A stretch of 64,000 bases of DNA from Gammaproteobacteria bacterium. GTDB taxonomy: Bacteria; Pseudomonadota; Gammaproteobacteria; UBA4575. The translations under genes and the position numbers were made by a program. This document shows, piece by piece, positions 8,438 to 17,702 of this stretch (its first letter is position 1; every line of letters starts with the position of its first letter). The notes beneath the pieces are model-generated. The model was not told where the DNA came from. It made no database searches and saw only the letters and a list, made by a program, of their open reading frames with translations. The stretch lies in the NCBI GenBank assembly GCA_965221955.1, contig CBDCTA010000029.1, positions 128,001-192,000 on the forward strand. The letters are read 5' to 3'.

Positions 8438-8776
8438 CTATCCAGTGCTCCACGATCTTGGTCTTTTCATTCCTGCAATTTTGCAAGCTTGTTTGACGTA
8501 CCCATATGGAAATAATTTAAATAACTGTTTTTTTGCTTGCTTTCCATAACTAAGCTCATCAGAAATATATTTAATTACGTAGCGAGAGTCTGGAGCGGTT
8601 AAGTGATCATTGTAATAATCACGCATGAATTGAATGATTTTCCAATGCTCAGGTGAAAGATCTAGCTCTTCCTTGCTAGCAAGAACTCTAGCGTATGCCT
8701 CATTCCACTCTTCTGGGTCAATTAGATAGCCTTCATTATCAATGTTAATAGGCATTGAGGATATCTGCTGAGACAT
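8438..8776 (-). CDS. TusE/DsrC-family protein lacking the C-terminal cysteine (RspA-like)
   Basis: DNEGYLIDPEEWN, LSPEHWKIIQFMRDYY, LFPYGYVKQACKIAGMKRPRSWSTG. Confidence 0.85.
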   Translation of the reverse strand: MSQQISSMPINIDNEGYLIDPEEWNEAYARVLASKEELDLSPEHWKIIQFMRDYYNDHLTAPDSRYVIKYISDELSYGKQAKKQLFKLFPYGYVKQACKIAGMKRPRSWSTG

Positions 8777-8962
8777 TTGAAATGCCTTTGGCTGGGATTA
8801 GTTAGAATTTAAAGTTATAAACTGATAAGAAAATTTACAAATACAGTAATAGCAGCCGCTATAATAAATACTACCCAAAATGCGGTTACTATTGGATTTG
8901 TGTGGCTATTTTCTAAATGTTTTCCACTCATGATTAATCCTTTTCAATTCAAATTGAGTTAA

Positions 8963-9331
8963 TTACCTGCAGAGCACATCATCACGATGCTTTTCGATAG
9001 CATCGATAACTTTTGTGGTCTGATTTTTACCAATATTAAGGTCAGATAAGGACTGTTTTACACATTCCATCATGGCATCAACATGTTCATCATTAAGTCC
9101 TTCTTCTACTGCCCCTTTGTGCGCTCGACGCATATCTTTTCCCAAATATAAAGACGGGCCGCCAAAAATGTAGGTTAAAAAAGCAGTCATTTTTCTTTGT
9201 TGTGATTCAACATCTGTTTTTTCAAAAAAATCCTTAATGCGGTCATCATTTAATATATGCACATATAAATAATATGCTGCCTTTTCAACAGTTTCTTTCC
9301 CGCCAAGTTCATCATAAAGGGTTTGATCCAT
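8963..9331 (-). CDS. Group I truncated haemoglobin (GlbN-like)
   Basis: TLYDELGG, DDRIKDFF, FLTYIFGGPSLYLGKDMRRAH. Confidence 0.9.
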   Translation of the reverse strand: MDQTLYDELGGKETVEKAAYYLYVHILNDDRIKDFFEKTDVESQQRKMTAFLTYIFGGPSLYLGKDMRRAHKGAVEEGLNDEHVDAMMECVKQSLSDLNIGKNQTTKVIDAIEKHRDDVLCR

Positions 9332-9415
9332 TATTCTTTTCTTTCTATAAAGTTAAATTAATAAGTCGGATTTTTGAGTTAACTTCTATCTAAAATAGAC
9401 ATAGATTGAATAGAA

Positions 9416-10090
9416 TTAAAACTTCCTACCTATGCTTACAAAAAATACCCATGGGTCGATATCGATATCCACGTCTCTGCGTACGCCATTGGTTTTCAAT
9501 GTAGCATCGGCATCAATGTCTACATACCAAAGTGCAGTGTTAAAAAACCAATTTTCATTTATAGAAATATCTGTGCCGATTTGGGCAGCTAGCCCCCAAG
9601 AGTCATCAATATCAAGTTTTGTGTCACCGCCAAGCGCGGTTTCGAGCGAGGAAGAAACGTCTTCATCTGGAAAATGTGTGTAATTAAACCCTGCTCCAAT
9701 ATAAGGATGGAATTTTGCGGATCCATTAAAATGATACTGTAGTGATAAAGTAGGTGGAAACACATCTACATCTGCAATTTTTCCTAATGCGCTTAGACCA
9801 TCCTTGCCTTTTAAATCATGTGTAGATGGGGTAACACCTAAAAGTTCAATTGCAAATCTCGAAGTCAGCATATAACCGATTGTGAAACCTAATGTGACGT
9901 CATTATCAACACCCACTTCGGTGTTAGGTATTCCATCCACATCATTACTACTGTCGTTGGGCTCTATAAATGCGGGGCCGATTCTGGCAAACCAAGTGCC
10001 TTGATCGTAGGCATAACTTGCTGGTGTGATAGAAATGAAAATTATTAACAATAAAAATTTATAATTATTTAAGTGCGCTATTTGGATCAT
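9416..10090 (-). CDS. ompW: OmpW/AlkL-family outer-membrane beta-barrel
   Basis: Signal peptide, PPTLSLQYHF, FHPYIGAGFNYT, DSWGLAAQIG, IDPWVF and a terminal Phe. Confidence 0.88.
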   Translation of the reverse strand: MIQIAHLNNYKFLLLIIFISITPASYAYDQGTWFARIGPAFIEPNDSSNDVDGIPNTEVGVDNDVTLGFTIGYMLTSRFAIELLGVTPSTHDLKGKDGLSALGKIADVDVFPPTLSLQYHFNGSAKFHPYIGAGFNYTHFPDEDVSSSLETALGGDTKLDIDDSWGLAAQIGTDISINENWFFNTALWYVDIDADATLKTNGVRRDVDIDIDPWVFFVSIGRKF

Positions 10091-10187
10091 TATTTATTTC
10101 ATGCTTTTTTGTTAAAGATTTAAAAATTAATTACTCTATGAATTTAATATTCGATTAAAAACGTAACAAAGCTAGTCATATGTTTTG

Positions 10188-10201
10188 CTGACTTGTGTCA
10201 G
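10188..10201. promoter_or_regulatory. Variant FNR-type palindrome CTGAC-N4-GTCAG upstream of ompW
   Basis: GCTGAC-TTGT-GTCAGC read directly. Confidence 0.6.
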
Positions 10202-10297
10202 CTTGAAACACTTTATGGGCTTTTATATCTAAATAGGAAGGGCGGTAGTTAGAACAATTTAATCCTAAAGAAAGTCATTACAGCAGAAAAAATTGAT

Positions 10298-10319
10298 GTA
10301 ACTGATACATATCAGTTAC
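10298..10319. promoter_or_regulatory. Variant FNR-type palindrome CTGAT-N4-ATCAG upstream of sirB2
   Basis: GTAACTGAT-ACAT-ATCAGTTAC, with perfect 9-bp arms. Confidence 0.65.
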
Positions 10320-10391
10320 GTTGATGCTATGTTGAGTAGACGATGTTTTAAGTTTGAAAAATTAAACGAATATTAAATGTAAAAAATATCG

Positions 10392-10766
10392 ATGTATGAA
10401 TTAATAAAAGCCATTCATGTTGCTACTGCTATCTTTTCGATTAGTGGATTTGTGATTAGAGGAATATGGATGATGAGCTCGTCTAGTCTATTAGAAAACA
10501 GGTGGGTAAAAGTAGTGCCCCATGTAAATGACACTATTTTATTAACAGCCGCAATAATATTAGTAATATTGAGCGGGCAATATCCGGGTCCAGCTACATG
10601 GATTAACGCAAAAATAGTTGCCTTACTAATTTATATTCTACTAGGGACTGTTGCGTTAAAGCGCGGTAAAACCATACAAATCAGAATTATTGCCTGGATA
10701 TCAGCGATTCTAATTTTTATGTATATACTGGTAGTTGCAAGCAGTAAGACGGTATTACCTTGGTAA
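10392..10766 (+). CDS. SirB2-family membrane protein
   Basis: KAIHV..SISGFVIRG, PHVNDTILL, WINAKIVALLIYILLG. Confidence 0.85.
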   Translation: MYELIKAIHVATAIFSISGFVIRGIWMMSSSSLLENRWVKVVPHVNDTILLTAAIILVILSGQYPGPATWINAKIVALLIYILLGTVALKRGKTIQIRIIAWISAILIFMYILVVASSKTVLPW

Positions 10767-10782
10767 GCGTCTAAGTACGGGC

Positions 10783-11520
10783 TTAACTCAAACTATAGTC
10801 ACCTTCAGCAACGCCACATAATTTTTCGTGATCTAGAATTGCTATCTTCTTTCGGTCTGCACTAAGTATTTTATTTTCTTTAAATTTTGAGATAAGTCTG
10901 CTGACTGTTTCATCAGCAAGACCTAAATAATTACCAATATCGTAACGGCTCATAGTGAGGTCAAATTCATCTGCAGAATAACCTCGAGCTTTAAAACGAC
11001 CAGAAAGATTAATTAAAAATGTTGCTAATTTTTGTTCTGCATTTCGTCGTGCTAGCAAAAGTAACATTGTATGGTCTTTTGTTATTTCATCACTGATTAA
11101 GCTTAATAATTGTTGTTGCAACCCAGGGATCTTTACACATAAAACGTTTAACTCATCGATGGGCAGTTCACATATTGTGGCGGTGTCAAGAGCAATGCCT
11201 GAGCAACTGTGAATCTGATTGTCTAGGCCATCTAGACCTAGAATTTCTCCTGGGAGGTGAAACCCTAAAACCTGTTCTTCACCGTTTTTTGCGGTCGTGA
11301 AAGTTTTAACTGAGCCAGAACGTACCGCATAAATACATCCTGATTTTTCACCTTGGTTAAATATAGATTCATTTTTTTGCAGTAATCTGCGCTGCTGGAT
11401 GACATCATCTAAAGAATGTAAGTCACTATTATTGAGCCCTCTTGGAAGACATAGCTCAACTAATGAGCAGTTCTTGCAAGATGCTTTCAGGGATCTAAAG
11501 TTGATTTTTTGCTCTTCCAT
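10783..11520 (-). CDS. fnr: FNR/ANR-type O2-sensing transcription factor
   Basis: CKNCSLVELC plus ICE Fe-S ligands, GFHLPGEILGLD, and HTH MSRYDIGNYLGLADETVSR. Confidence 0.9.
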   Translation of the reverse strand: MEEQKINFRSLKASCKNCSLVELCLPRGLNNSDLHSLDDVIQQRRLLQKNESIFNQGEKSGCIYAVRSGSVKTFTTAKNGEEQVLGFHLPGEILGLDGLDNQIHSCSGIALDTATICELPIDELNVLCVKIPGLQQQLLSLISDEITKDHTMLLLLARRNAEQKLATFLINLSGRFKARGYSADEFDLTMSRYDIGNYLGLADETVSRLISKFKENKILSADRKKIAILDHEKLCGVAEGDYSLS

Positions 11521-11636
11521 ACCTATTAATTAGTTTACTCCAATTCTAGGTAATTACCTTATAAATTAGATACATATGACAGAAAAATCACATAATTCAG
11601 CAAAATTAAGTAATTTTTACCAAAAAAACCTCTTTT

Positions 11637-11650
11637 CTGATATAGATCAG
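11637..11650. promoter_or_regulatory. Variant FNR-type palindrome CTGAT-N4-ATCAG
   Basis: CTGAT-ATAG-ATCAG in the divergent fnr/GST intergenic region. Confidence 0.65.
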
Positions 11651-11685
11651 GATTATTATTTTTTTAAAATGGTCCATAGTCTTTC

Positions 11686-11699
11686 CTGATGTGGATCAG
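11686..11699. promoter_or_regulatory. Variant FNR-type palindrome CTGAT-N4-ATCAG
   Basis: CTGAT-GTGG-ATCAG, 49 nt from the previous box. Confidence 0.65.
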
Positions 11700-11852
11700 A
11701 ACTTATATTTTCAGATCCTTATAATCTCCTCCTTCAAGCACTCTTGTTGAATTGCTAAAATCCTCTATAGAGTTTGGGGTATTTAAAAAAAAGAGCAAGA
11801 AACAAGTAACTATTTTAAAAAGTCACTGCAGAACTATTTACGGAGATTGATT

Positions 11853-12443
11853 ATGGGTTTATTTAGTAAGTCAAAACCACAAGCAAGCGGAAAACCGAAG
11901 CTGACATGTATGCAAGGTGATGCCGCATCGTATAAGTGCATCTTTTTAGCGTCCTATCGAAAAATACCTGTTGATATTGAATGGGGTGAGCCATCAACTT
12001 TAGACGATAAAATGTCAGAGTCTTTGAACATGTCAAATCTGAATCGCTATCCTTGTATTGAAGATGGTGATTTCACAATTTGTGGGGAGAGTGCTGTATT
12101 AACCTATCTAAATATTAAAGGCCGTACTCCTACGATCCATCCTAGAAAAGCGAGAGTACTGGCAATGCAACAATATTGGATACAAGTACTCAATACTAAA
12201 TGTACTGCAGAAGAAAATTTTCCTGCGGTATTTGAACAGCTAGACCAAGCCCTTCAGGGAAATAAATATATTGTTGGCGAACTTTCGCTTGCGGATTTTC
12301 ATTGGGCAGGCGCATTCAAAGCCATAGAAGAAAGTGGCAATGCCTTAGATATTTCTAAATATGAAAATGTCACTAATTGGCTAGCGCGAATGAAATCAGA
12401 GATTTCTGAATATGACATTAAAAGTGAAAAGGTTGCTGCATAA
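11853..12443 (+). CDS. Glutathione S-transferase-like protein
   Basis: RYPCIEDGDFTICGESAVLTYL, LDQALQGNKYIVGELSLADF, NVTNWLARM. GGAG RBS. Confidence 0.8.
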   Translation: MGLFSKSKPQASGKPKLTCMQGDAASYKCIFLASYRKIPVDIEWGEPSTLDDKMSESLNMSNLNRYPCIEDGDFTICGESAVLTYLNIKGRTPTIHPRKARVLAMQQYWIQVLNTKCTAEENFPAVFEQLDQALQGNKYIVGELSLADFHWAGAFKAIEESGNALDISKYENVTNWLARMKSEISEYDIKSEKVAA

Positions 12444-12487
12444 CAGCACTTATGAAAGTTTAAGTATTAAATTATAGGTAAAAAATT

Positions 12488-13282
12488 ATGACTGATTTAT
12501 TTGAATTGATGGCTGAAAAATCTGGAGGCCAAAGTAATTCGGGGTATGGTGCATCGGGTGAAATGAAAAAAACACAGTTTGTATTAGAACTTATTGGCTG
12601 TCCTGCTGATGCTGATACTCTTAAATGTGTAATCACTGCCGCGGAACAAGGTATGGAAATGAATTGTTATAGCATAATCACCGATGCTGTGAGTAATCTT
12701 GATGAATGTATTGCTGAACTATCCCCATTATCCATTACACCATGTTTAAAAGAAGCTGATTTTTATGCATGTGGGAGTGATGCAATCACAGCCTTTGCAG
12801 ATGCTAGAGGATTAGGGTATGCGCTGACACCACGCAATGCATCGTTAGCTGCTATGCAAAATTATTGGGTGGATATTGCAAACTCAAATGTTGCGCCTCT
12901 TGTCAATCAGATTGTTGATGAAGTGTTTGTGAAGCAATATGAAGATTCATCTCATGCTGCAAATCAAGATGTAATTAACTCTGCTGGCGATGACTTGAGG
13001 ATCTTTTATGATGCTTTGGATAAGCAACTTCAGGGTAATAAATACATTGTCTGTGACAAATATACTTGGGCAGATCTTCATTGGACTGCTTATACACATT
13101 TATTAGATGCTGCAGGATGTAGCGTATTAATAAATGAAAGGACAAACGTCAAGCAATGGTTTGATCGTATCAAAACAAGAAAAGCGCAGTGTGGGCAAGA
13201 TGAAGTTGCTTACGAAAATTTACCTAATGCTGAAGAGATTAAACAAGGGAAGCTTAAATCTGTAGTAATTGCTGATTATTAA
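12488..13282 (+). CDS. Glutathione S-transferase-like protein (paralogue of the upstream gene)
   Basis: ITPCLKEADF..GSDAI, LDKQLQGNKYIVCDKYTWADLHW, NVKQWFDRIKTR. Confidence 0.8.
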   Translation: MTDLFELMAEKSGGQSNSGYGASGEMKKTQFVLELIGCPADADTLKCVITAAEQGMEMNCYSIITDAVSNLDECIAELSPLSITPCLKEADFYACGSDAITAFADARGLGYALTPRNASLAAMQNYWVDIANSNVAPLVNQIVDEVFVKQYEDSSHAANQDVINSAGDDLRIFYDALDKQLQGNKYIVCDKYTWADLHWTAYTHLLDAAGCSVLINERTNVKQWFDRIKTRKAQCGQDEVAYENLPNAEEIKQGKLKSVVIADY

Positions 13283-13321
13283 AACAATAAAGAATTATTA
13301 ATTGTAGAAGAGGAAAATAAA

Positions 13322-14509
13322 ATGCATAAATTTTTAGTAAATATTCGGTATTTTGAAACACCGATTTTAATTTTCTTGACCTTAGTTGGTCTTGTCATTG
13401 GCGGTCCGTGGGTGTGGACGGGTGTTGTCTTATTGGTTGCATCGATCATTGTCGATTGGGCAACGAGTGCCAGCTCATTATTTCACTGTGAGCCAGCAGG
13501 TAGAGACGAAAACGGTGATTTGTATGGAATCGATTGGTTCTTGAAAGTCATGATGTGGATACAATATCCCGTGTTTGTAATGCTACAACTTGCTTTGGTA
13601 TGGCGTGTATACGAATTTTCATCAGGAAATGCATTTGGACCAAATGAGTTATTCGGTATTACGATTCACCACGGTGTTACCGGATGGGAAATGTATGGTG
13701 CAACGGTATCTGCCGGCATCTACATGGGCCTAGGCATTATGTTTGGTCATGAGCTTGCTCATACTAAAGGACCTACATTCGTTTTAGCACGTTGGATGAT
13801 GGCATTAAGTGGTATTGCCCATTTCTGCTATGCGCATGTATACAACCACCATCTAGAGCTAGGTCACCAGGACGACCCTGCTACCTCACCGCGAGGACGC
13901 AACATCTATAAGCATTACCTTCTTTCTCACTTTGGACAATCACGTTTTCTATATGTAATGGAACAACAACGTTTGAAGAAAAAAGGTGTGCCTTTTATCT
14001 CATGGCAGAATCGTTGGATACGTGGATACGCAATGAGCTTGCCCACGATATTTATGTTCTGGTTTGCTGCCGGGTGGTGGGGCCTAGGTGTAATGGTCGG
14101 TTCTTGGGTCATCTCAGCCTTTGAATTAGAAGTGCTCAATTATTTAGAGCACTATGGCTTGATTCGTGAAAAAGGTCAGCCAATTGATTACCACCATTCT
14201 TGGGATGTAGGTGAATCTCCATTTACACAATGGGGCTTCATTGAGATTGGTCGACAAGCAGACCATCATGATAGAGGCGAAACGCATTTCTGGGAGTTAG
14301 AAGATTGTGGAGCGCCTGATACGGGTTATGGATATTACGCCATGCTTGCTTTGCTTCTTGTACCACCAGCGTGGGAAGCGTTTATAAAACCACGTCTCGC
14401 AGACTGGGATGAAAATCGTGCGAGTGAAGGCGAGCGCAAAATTGCTGCAAGGATGAACTATCTTGCCGGCTGGCATGACATGCCGCTATGTGATGCAGAC
14501 CCTAAATAA
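13322..14509 (+). CDS. Membrane diiron monooxygenase, AlkB/XylM family
   Basis: His boxes HELAH, HVYNHH, NYLEHYG and QADHH, DPATSPRG, and a XylM-like C-terminus PRLADWDENRASEGERKIA..AGW. Confidence 0.85.
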   Translation: MHKFLVNIRYFETPILIFLTLVGLVIGGPWVWTGVVLLVASIIVDWATSASSLFHCEPAGRDENGDLYGIDWFLKVMMWIQYPVFVMLQLALVWRVYEFSSGNAFGPNELFGITIHHGVTGWEMYGATVSAGIYMGLGIMFGHELAHTKGPTFVLARWMMALSGIAHFCYAHVYNHHLELGHQDDPATSPRGRNIYKHYLLSHFGQSRFLYVMEQQRLKKKGVPFISWQNRWIRGYAMSLPTIFMFWFAAGWWGLGVMVGSWVISAFELEVLNYLEHYGLIREKGQPIDYHHSWDVGESPFTQWGFIEIGRQADHHDRGETHFWELEDCGAPDTGYGYYAMLALLLVPPAWEAFIKPRLADWDENRASEGERKIAARMNYLAGWHDMPLCDADPK

Positions 14510-14530
14510 ATAAAGAATTAGGAGATAAGA

Positions 14531-14743
14531 ATGTCAAAAGTACAACAAGCGTTACTGGCTATTGCAGCATTTACAGGTGTTATGGGTTTTATCCTTTATT
14601 CACTTGGAATTGGTGACCATCATTTTAATCCATTGTGGGCACTTGGAACTGCAGTCATCTTTTTAATCATTTTGTTAATTGATGTGTGGATGTTTTTTGC
14701 AATATCAGGCGAAGATGCATTTAAATGGGATCCTGATTCTTAA
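14531..14743 (+). CDS. Small two-TM membrane protein
   Basis: AGGAG RBS, two hydrophobic helices, last gene before a terminator. Confidence 0.75.
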   Translation: MSKVQQALLAIAAFTGVMGFILYSLGIGDHHFNPLWALGTAVIFLIILLIDVWMFFAISGEDAFKWDPDS

Positions 14744-14763
14744 ACACCTCATTATCCAAACTG

Positions 14764-14799
14764 AAAAAGCCGCAGCATGAATTACTGCGGCTTTTTTTT
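14764..14799 (+). terminator. Rho-independent terminator
   Basis: GCCGCAG..CTGCGGC stem followed by T8. Confidence 0.85.
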
Positions 14800-15019
14800 G
14801 CTCAATAAAAAGTACTTAATGATAAAACCAAAAGTAAATAGATTTATAAACGAATTTTTTAAAATTAGGTATTTATATGTCTTAGATCAATAACTTTATT
14901 GTTATTTAATAGCATACTGCTTGTGTATTGAGATTTACTCCTAGTTAATGGGCGAACCAAGATAGCGTGAAATTCAAGCGGTGCTTTACATATTACTTAG
15001 TAAGATAAGTTAGCCTCCT

Positions 15020-15634
15020 ATGAAAAAAGTATTGCCTTCTCGTTTACTGGTTCGTCTATTTTTTCAACCTAAACAGATATTTTCAGAGCTGGCAGAATTA
15101 GAACCCTCGGCATCGTCCGTTTTTTTTAAAGCCGCATTATGGTTAGGACTATTACCCCCAGTATTTGCATATTTTGGAGCAAGTAAATTTGGTTGGAGAT
15201 TAGGAACGGTAGAACCAATATTTTTAAGCAAAGATATCTTGCTTAGCATAAGTGTTGCATATTTCTGTGCGTTGCTAATTGGATTTTTAAGTTCTGCAAT
15301 CGTATCGCAATGGATGTCAAAGACGTATGGCGCAATAAATTCAATTGGCACTCATTTAGCCTTGATCACTATCGTAGGCGCACCTCTAGTTGTAGGAAGT
15401 ATCATCCATTTATACCCTAATGTTTTTATTAATGTTCTCGTATTTGTGCCTGCTGCACTTTGGAGTATGTACTTACTCTATCGAGGTTTGCCAATTGTGC
15501 TGCATACTACGCCTGAACGTGGCATGTTAATGGCATCTTCTTTGATTGGTTATTTGCTAGTTGCATTTGTAAGTCTATTAGGCATCACCGTTGTGCTTTG
15601 GATCTATGGTCTAGGTCCAGTCTTGGGAGTGTAG
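15020..15634 (+). CDS. Yip1-family (DUF1282-like) membrane protein
   Basis: LFFQPK.., GWRLG, YLLYRGLPIVLHTTPERG, about five TM segments. Confidence 0.75.
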   Translation: MKKVLPSRLLVRLFFQPKQIFSELAELEPSASSVFFKAALWLGLLPPVFAYFGASKFGWRLGTVEPIFLSKDILLSISVAYFCALLIGFLSSAIVSQWMSKTYGAINSIGTHLALITIVGAPLVVGSIIHLYPNVFINVLVFVPAALWSMYLLYRGLPIVLHTTPERGMLMASSLIGYLLVAFVSLLGITVVLWIYGLGPVLGV

Positions 15635-15636
15635 GT

Positions 15637-17079
15637 ATGGTAGATCCTGCAAAGAATTTATCCGTCGAAATTTACAGTGATCGTATTGTTACGGTACTAG
15701 TAATGTTTTCAATTTTTTGGTCGGTTTTGGGAATGTTGGCGGGTGTGTACGTTTCAGCAGAACTCATATGGCCAGCACTCAACTTTGATCAACCATGGTT
15801 GTCGTTTGGAAGATTAAGAACCTTTCATACCAATGTGGTGATATTCGGATTTGCTGTATCCGCATTAATGGGTACGGCTTACTATAGTGTGCAGCGCACC
15901 AGTCATGTGCGTCTTTTTTCTCCTAGCCTTGCTTGGTTTACTTGTTGGGCATGGCAATTTGTCATACTCATTGGTGGTTTATCAATTTTAGCGGGTTTTA
16001 ATACTTCAAAAGAATATGCTGAACTTGAATGGCCACTCGATATTGCTATTGCATTGGTTTGGGTTTGTTTTGGTATTGTGTTTTTTGGAACGATTGCAAA
16101 GCGACGTATAAGAGAAATTTACATTTCGAACTGGTTTTATGGTGGGCTCATTATTGTGATCGCCATGCTGCATATCGTTAATAATTTAGAAGTCCCCGTT
16201 ACCCTCACAAAATCCTATTCTCTTTATGCCGGCGCACAAGATGCGATTGTGCAGTGGTGGTATGGCCATAATGCAGTAGGATTTTTGTTAACTGGTGGGT
16301 TTTTAGGAATGATGTATTACTTTCTTCCTAAGCAAGCAGAACGTCCTATTTGGAGTTACAAACTTTCTATCGTTGCCTTTTGGGCATTTACTTATAGCTA
16401 CATCTGGGCAGGACCGCATCATCTGCATTTCAATGCTATACCTGAGTGGGTGCAAAATTTAGGCATGTTGATGAGTTTAGTTTTGCTAGCACCTTCTTGG
16501 GCATCTATGATCAATGGCATTATGACGGTGAGCACAGCATGGGAAAAACTTCGCAGTGATCCGTCATTAAAATTTATTGTATTGGCATTGGCGTTTTACG
16601 GTCTTGCAACCTTTGAAGGTCCTATGCTTGCAATTAAAAGTGTAAACATCATTAGTCATTTTACAGAATGGACGATAGGGCATGTACATTCTGGCGCATT
16701 GGGTTGGAATGCATTAATTACTTTTGGCACATTTTATTTTCTTGTGCCGAGATTAGTGGGAGCAAAACTCTACAGTGTGCGTTTAGCAAATATTCATTTT
16801 TGGTTGGCGTTGGCCGGGACGATTCTTTACATCGTTGCATTGTGGGGCGCAGGTATTTCGCAAGGAGTGCTATGGCTAAGTTTAGACGATTTAGGTGAGC
16901 TTCGTTATAGCTTTACAGAAATTATGGCAGCGATGAATCCATACTATTTATTGCGTTTTGTTGCAGGTGCAATCTTTTTGCTTGGTGCCATATTGATGTA
17001 TTACAACTTTTTTAGAACCATTTTAGGTAGACGTACCGTTGCAGTAAGGCCTCCAGCCTTAGAGGGAGCTGTCATATGA
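15637..17079 (+). CDS. ccoN: cbb3-type cytochrome c oxidase subunit I
   Basis: SFGRLRTFHTN, KEYAELEW, QWWYGHNAVGF, WAGPHHL, WTIGHVHSGALGW. Probable start is ATG 15637. Confidence 0.97.
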   Translation: MVDPAKNLSVEIYSDRIVTVLVMFSIFWSVLGMLAGVYVSAELIWPALNFDQPWLSFGRLRTFHTNVVIFGFAVSALMGTAYYSVQRTSHVRLFSPSLAWFTCWAWQFVILIGGLSILAGFNTSKEYAELEWPLDIAIALVWVCFGIVFFGTIAKRRIREIYISNWFYGGLIIVIAMLHIVNNLEVPVTLTKSYSLYAGAQDAIVQWWYGHNAVGFLLTGGFLGMMYYFLPKQAERPIWSYKLSIVAFWAFTYSYIWAGPHHLHFNAIPEWVQNLGMLMSLVLLAPSWASMINGIMTVSTAWEKLRSDPSLKFIVLALAFYGLATFEGPMLAIKSVNIISHFTEWTIGHVHSGALGWNALITFGTFYFLVPRLVGAKLYSVRLANIHFWLALAGTILYIVALWGAGISQGVLWLSLDDLGELRYSFTEIMAAMNPYYLLRFVAGAIFLLGAILMYYNFFRTILGRRTVAVRPPALEGAVI

Positions 17080-17702
17080 ATGGATTCCAATTACATCAGA
17101 TTCTTGAAAAAAATATTGGCTTATTGATTTTTGGGATATTATTTGTGTCAGCAATTGGAGGACTTGTTCAAGTGCTCCCAAGTTTATTTCAAGAATCATT
17201 AAAAACCGCGAGTCCAAATACTAAAGTTTATCAACCGCTCGAATTAGTTGGGCGCGACATATACATTCGAGAGGCATGTAGTACATGTCATTCACAACAA
17301 ATTCGTCCACTTGTTGCTGAAGTGCAACGCTATGGAACTTTTTCGCGCGCTGGAGAATTTGTTTATGACCGCCCTTTTTTATGGGGTTCAAAAAGAACCG
17401 GGCCTGATTTACATCGTATTGGTGGAAAGTATTCCGATGATTGGCAACGTATACATTTGTTAAACCCACGAGAGGTTGTACCAAATTCTATTATGCCTGC
17501 TTACCCGTGGTTAGCGGAACATGCCGCAAATCGTAGTCACGATATTGAAAAGAAATTGCGCGTATTGAAAAAATTAGGACACCCTTATTCAGAAGAAGAT
17601 ATTGAAACTGCAAGTGCTGTGCTTGAGGGAAAAACGGAATTAGATGCATTGGTTGCATATTTGCAAGTGCTTGGAACAGCCTACTCGATAGGAGAGCAGT
17701 AA
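17076..17702 (+). CDS. ccoO: cbb3-type cytochrome c oxidase subunit II
   Basis: GRDIYIREACSTCHSQQIRP, WGSKRTGPDL, SIMPAYPW. Confidence 0.97.
   Translation: MNGFQLHQILEKNIGLLIFGILFVSAIGGLVQVLPSLFQESLKTASPNTKVYQPLELVGRDIYIREACSTCHSQQIRPLVAEVQRYGTFSRAGEFVYDRPFLWGSKRTGPDLHRIGGKYSDDWQRIHLLNPREVVPNSIMPAYPWLAEHAANRSHDIEKKLRVLKKLGHPYSEEDIETASAVLEGKTELDALVAYLQVLGTAYSIGEQ

Noticed and set aside
8161-8496. Track ORF of 111 aa
   Set aside because: TTG start without RBS, crosses a repeat copy and overlaps the dsrC-like gene on the opposite strand.
14877-14890. FNR box upstream of yip1-ccoN (ATGTC-TTAG-ATCAA)
   Set aside because: Only one half-site matches. Plausible by context but too degenerate to call.
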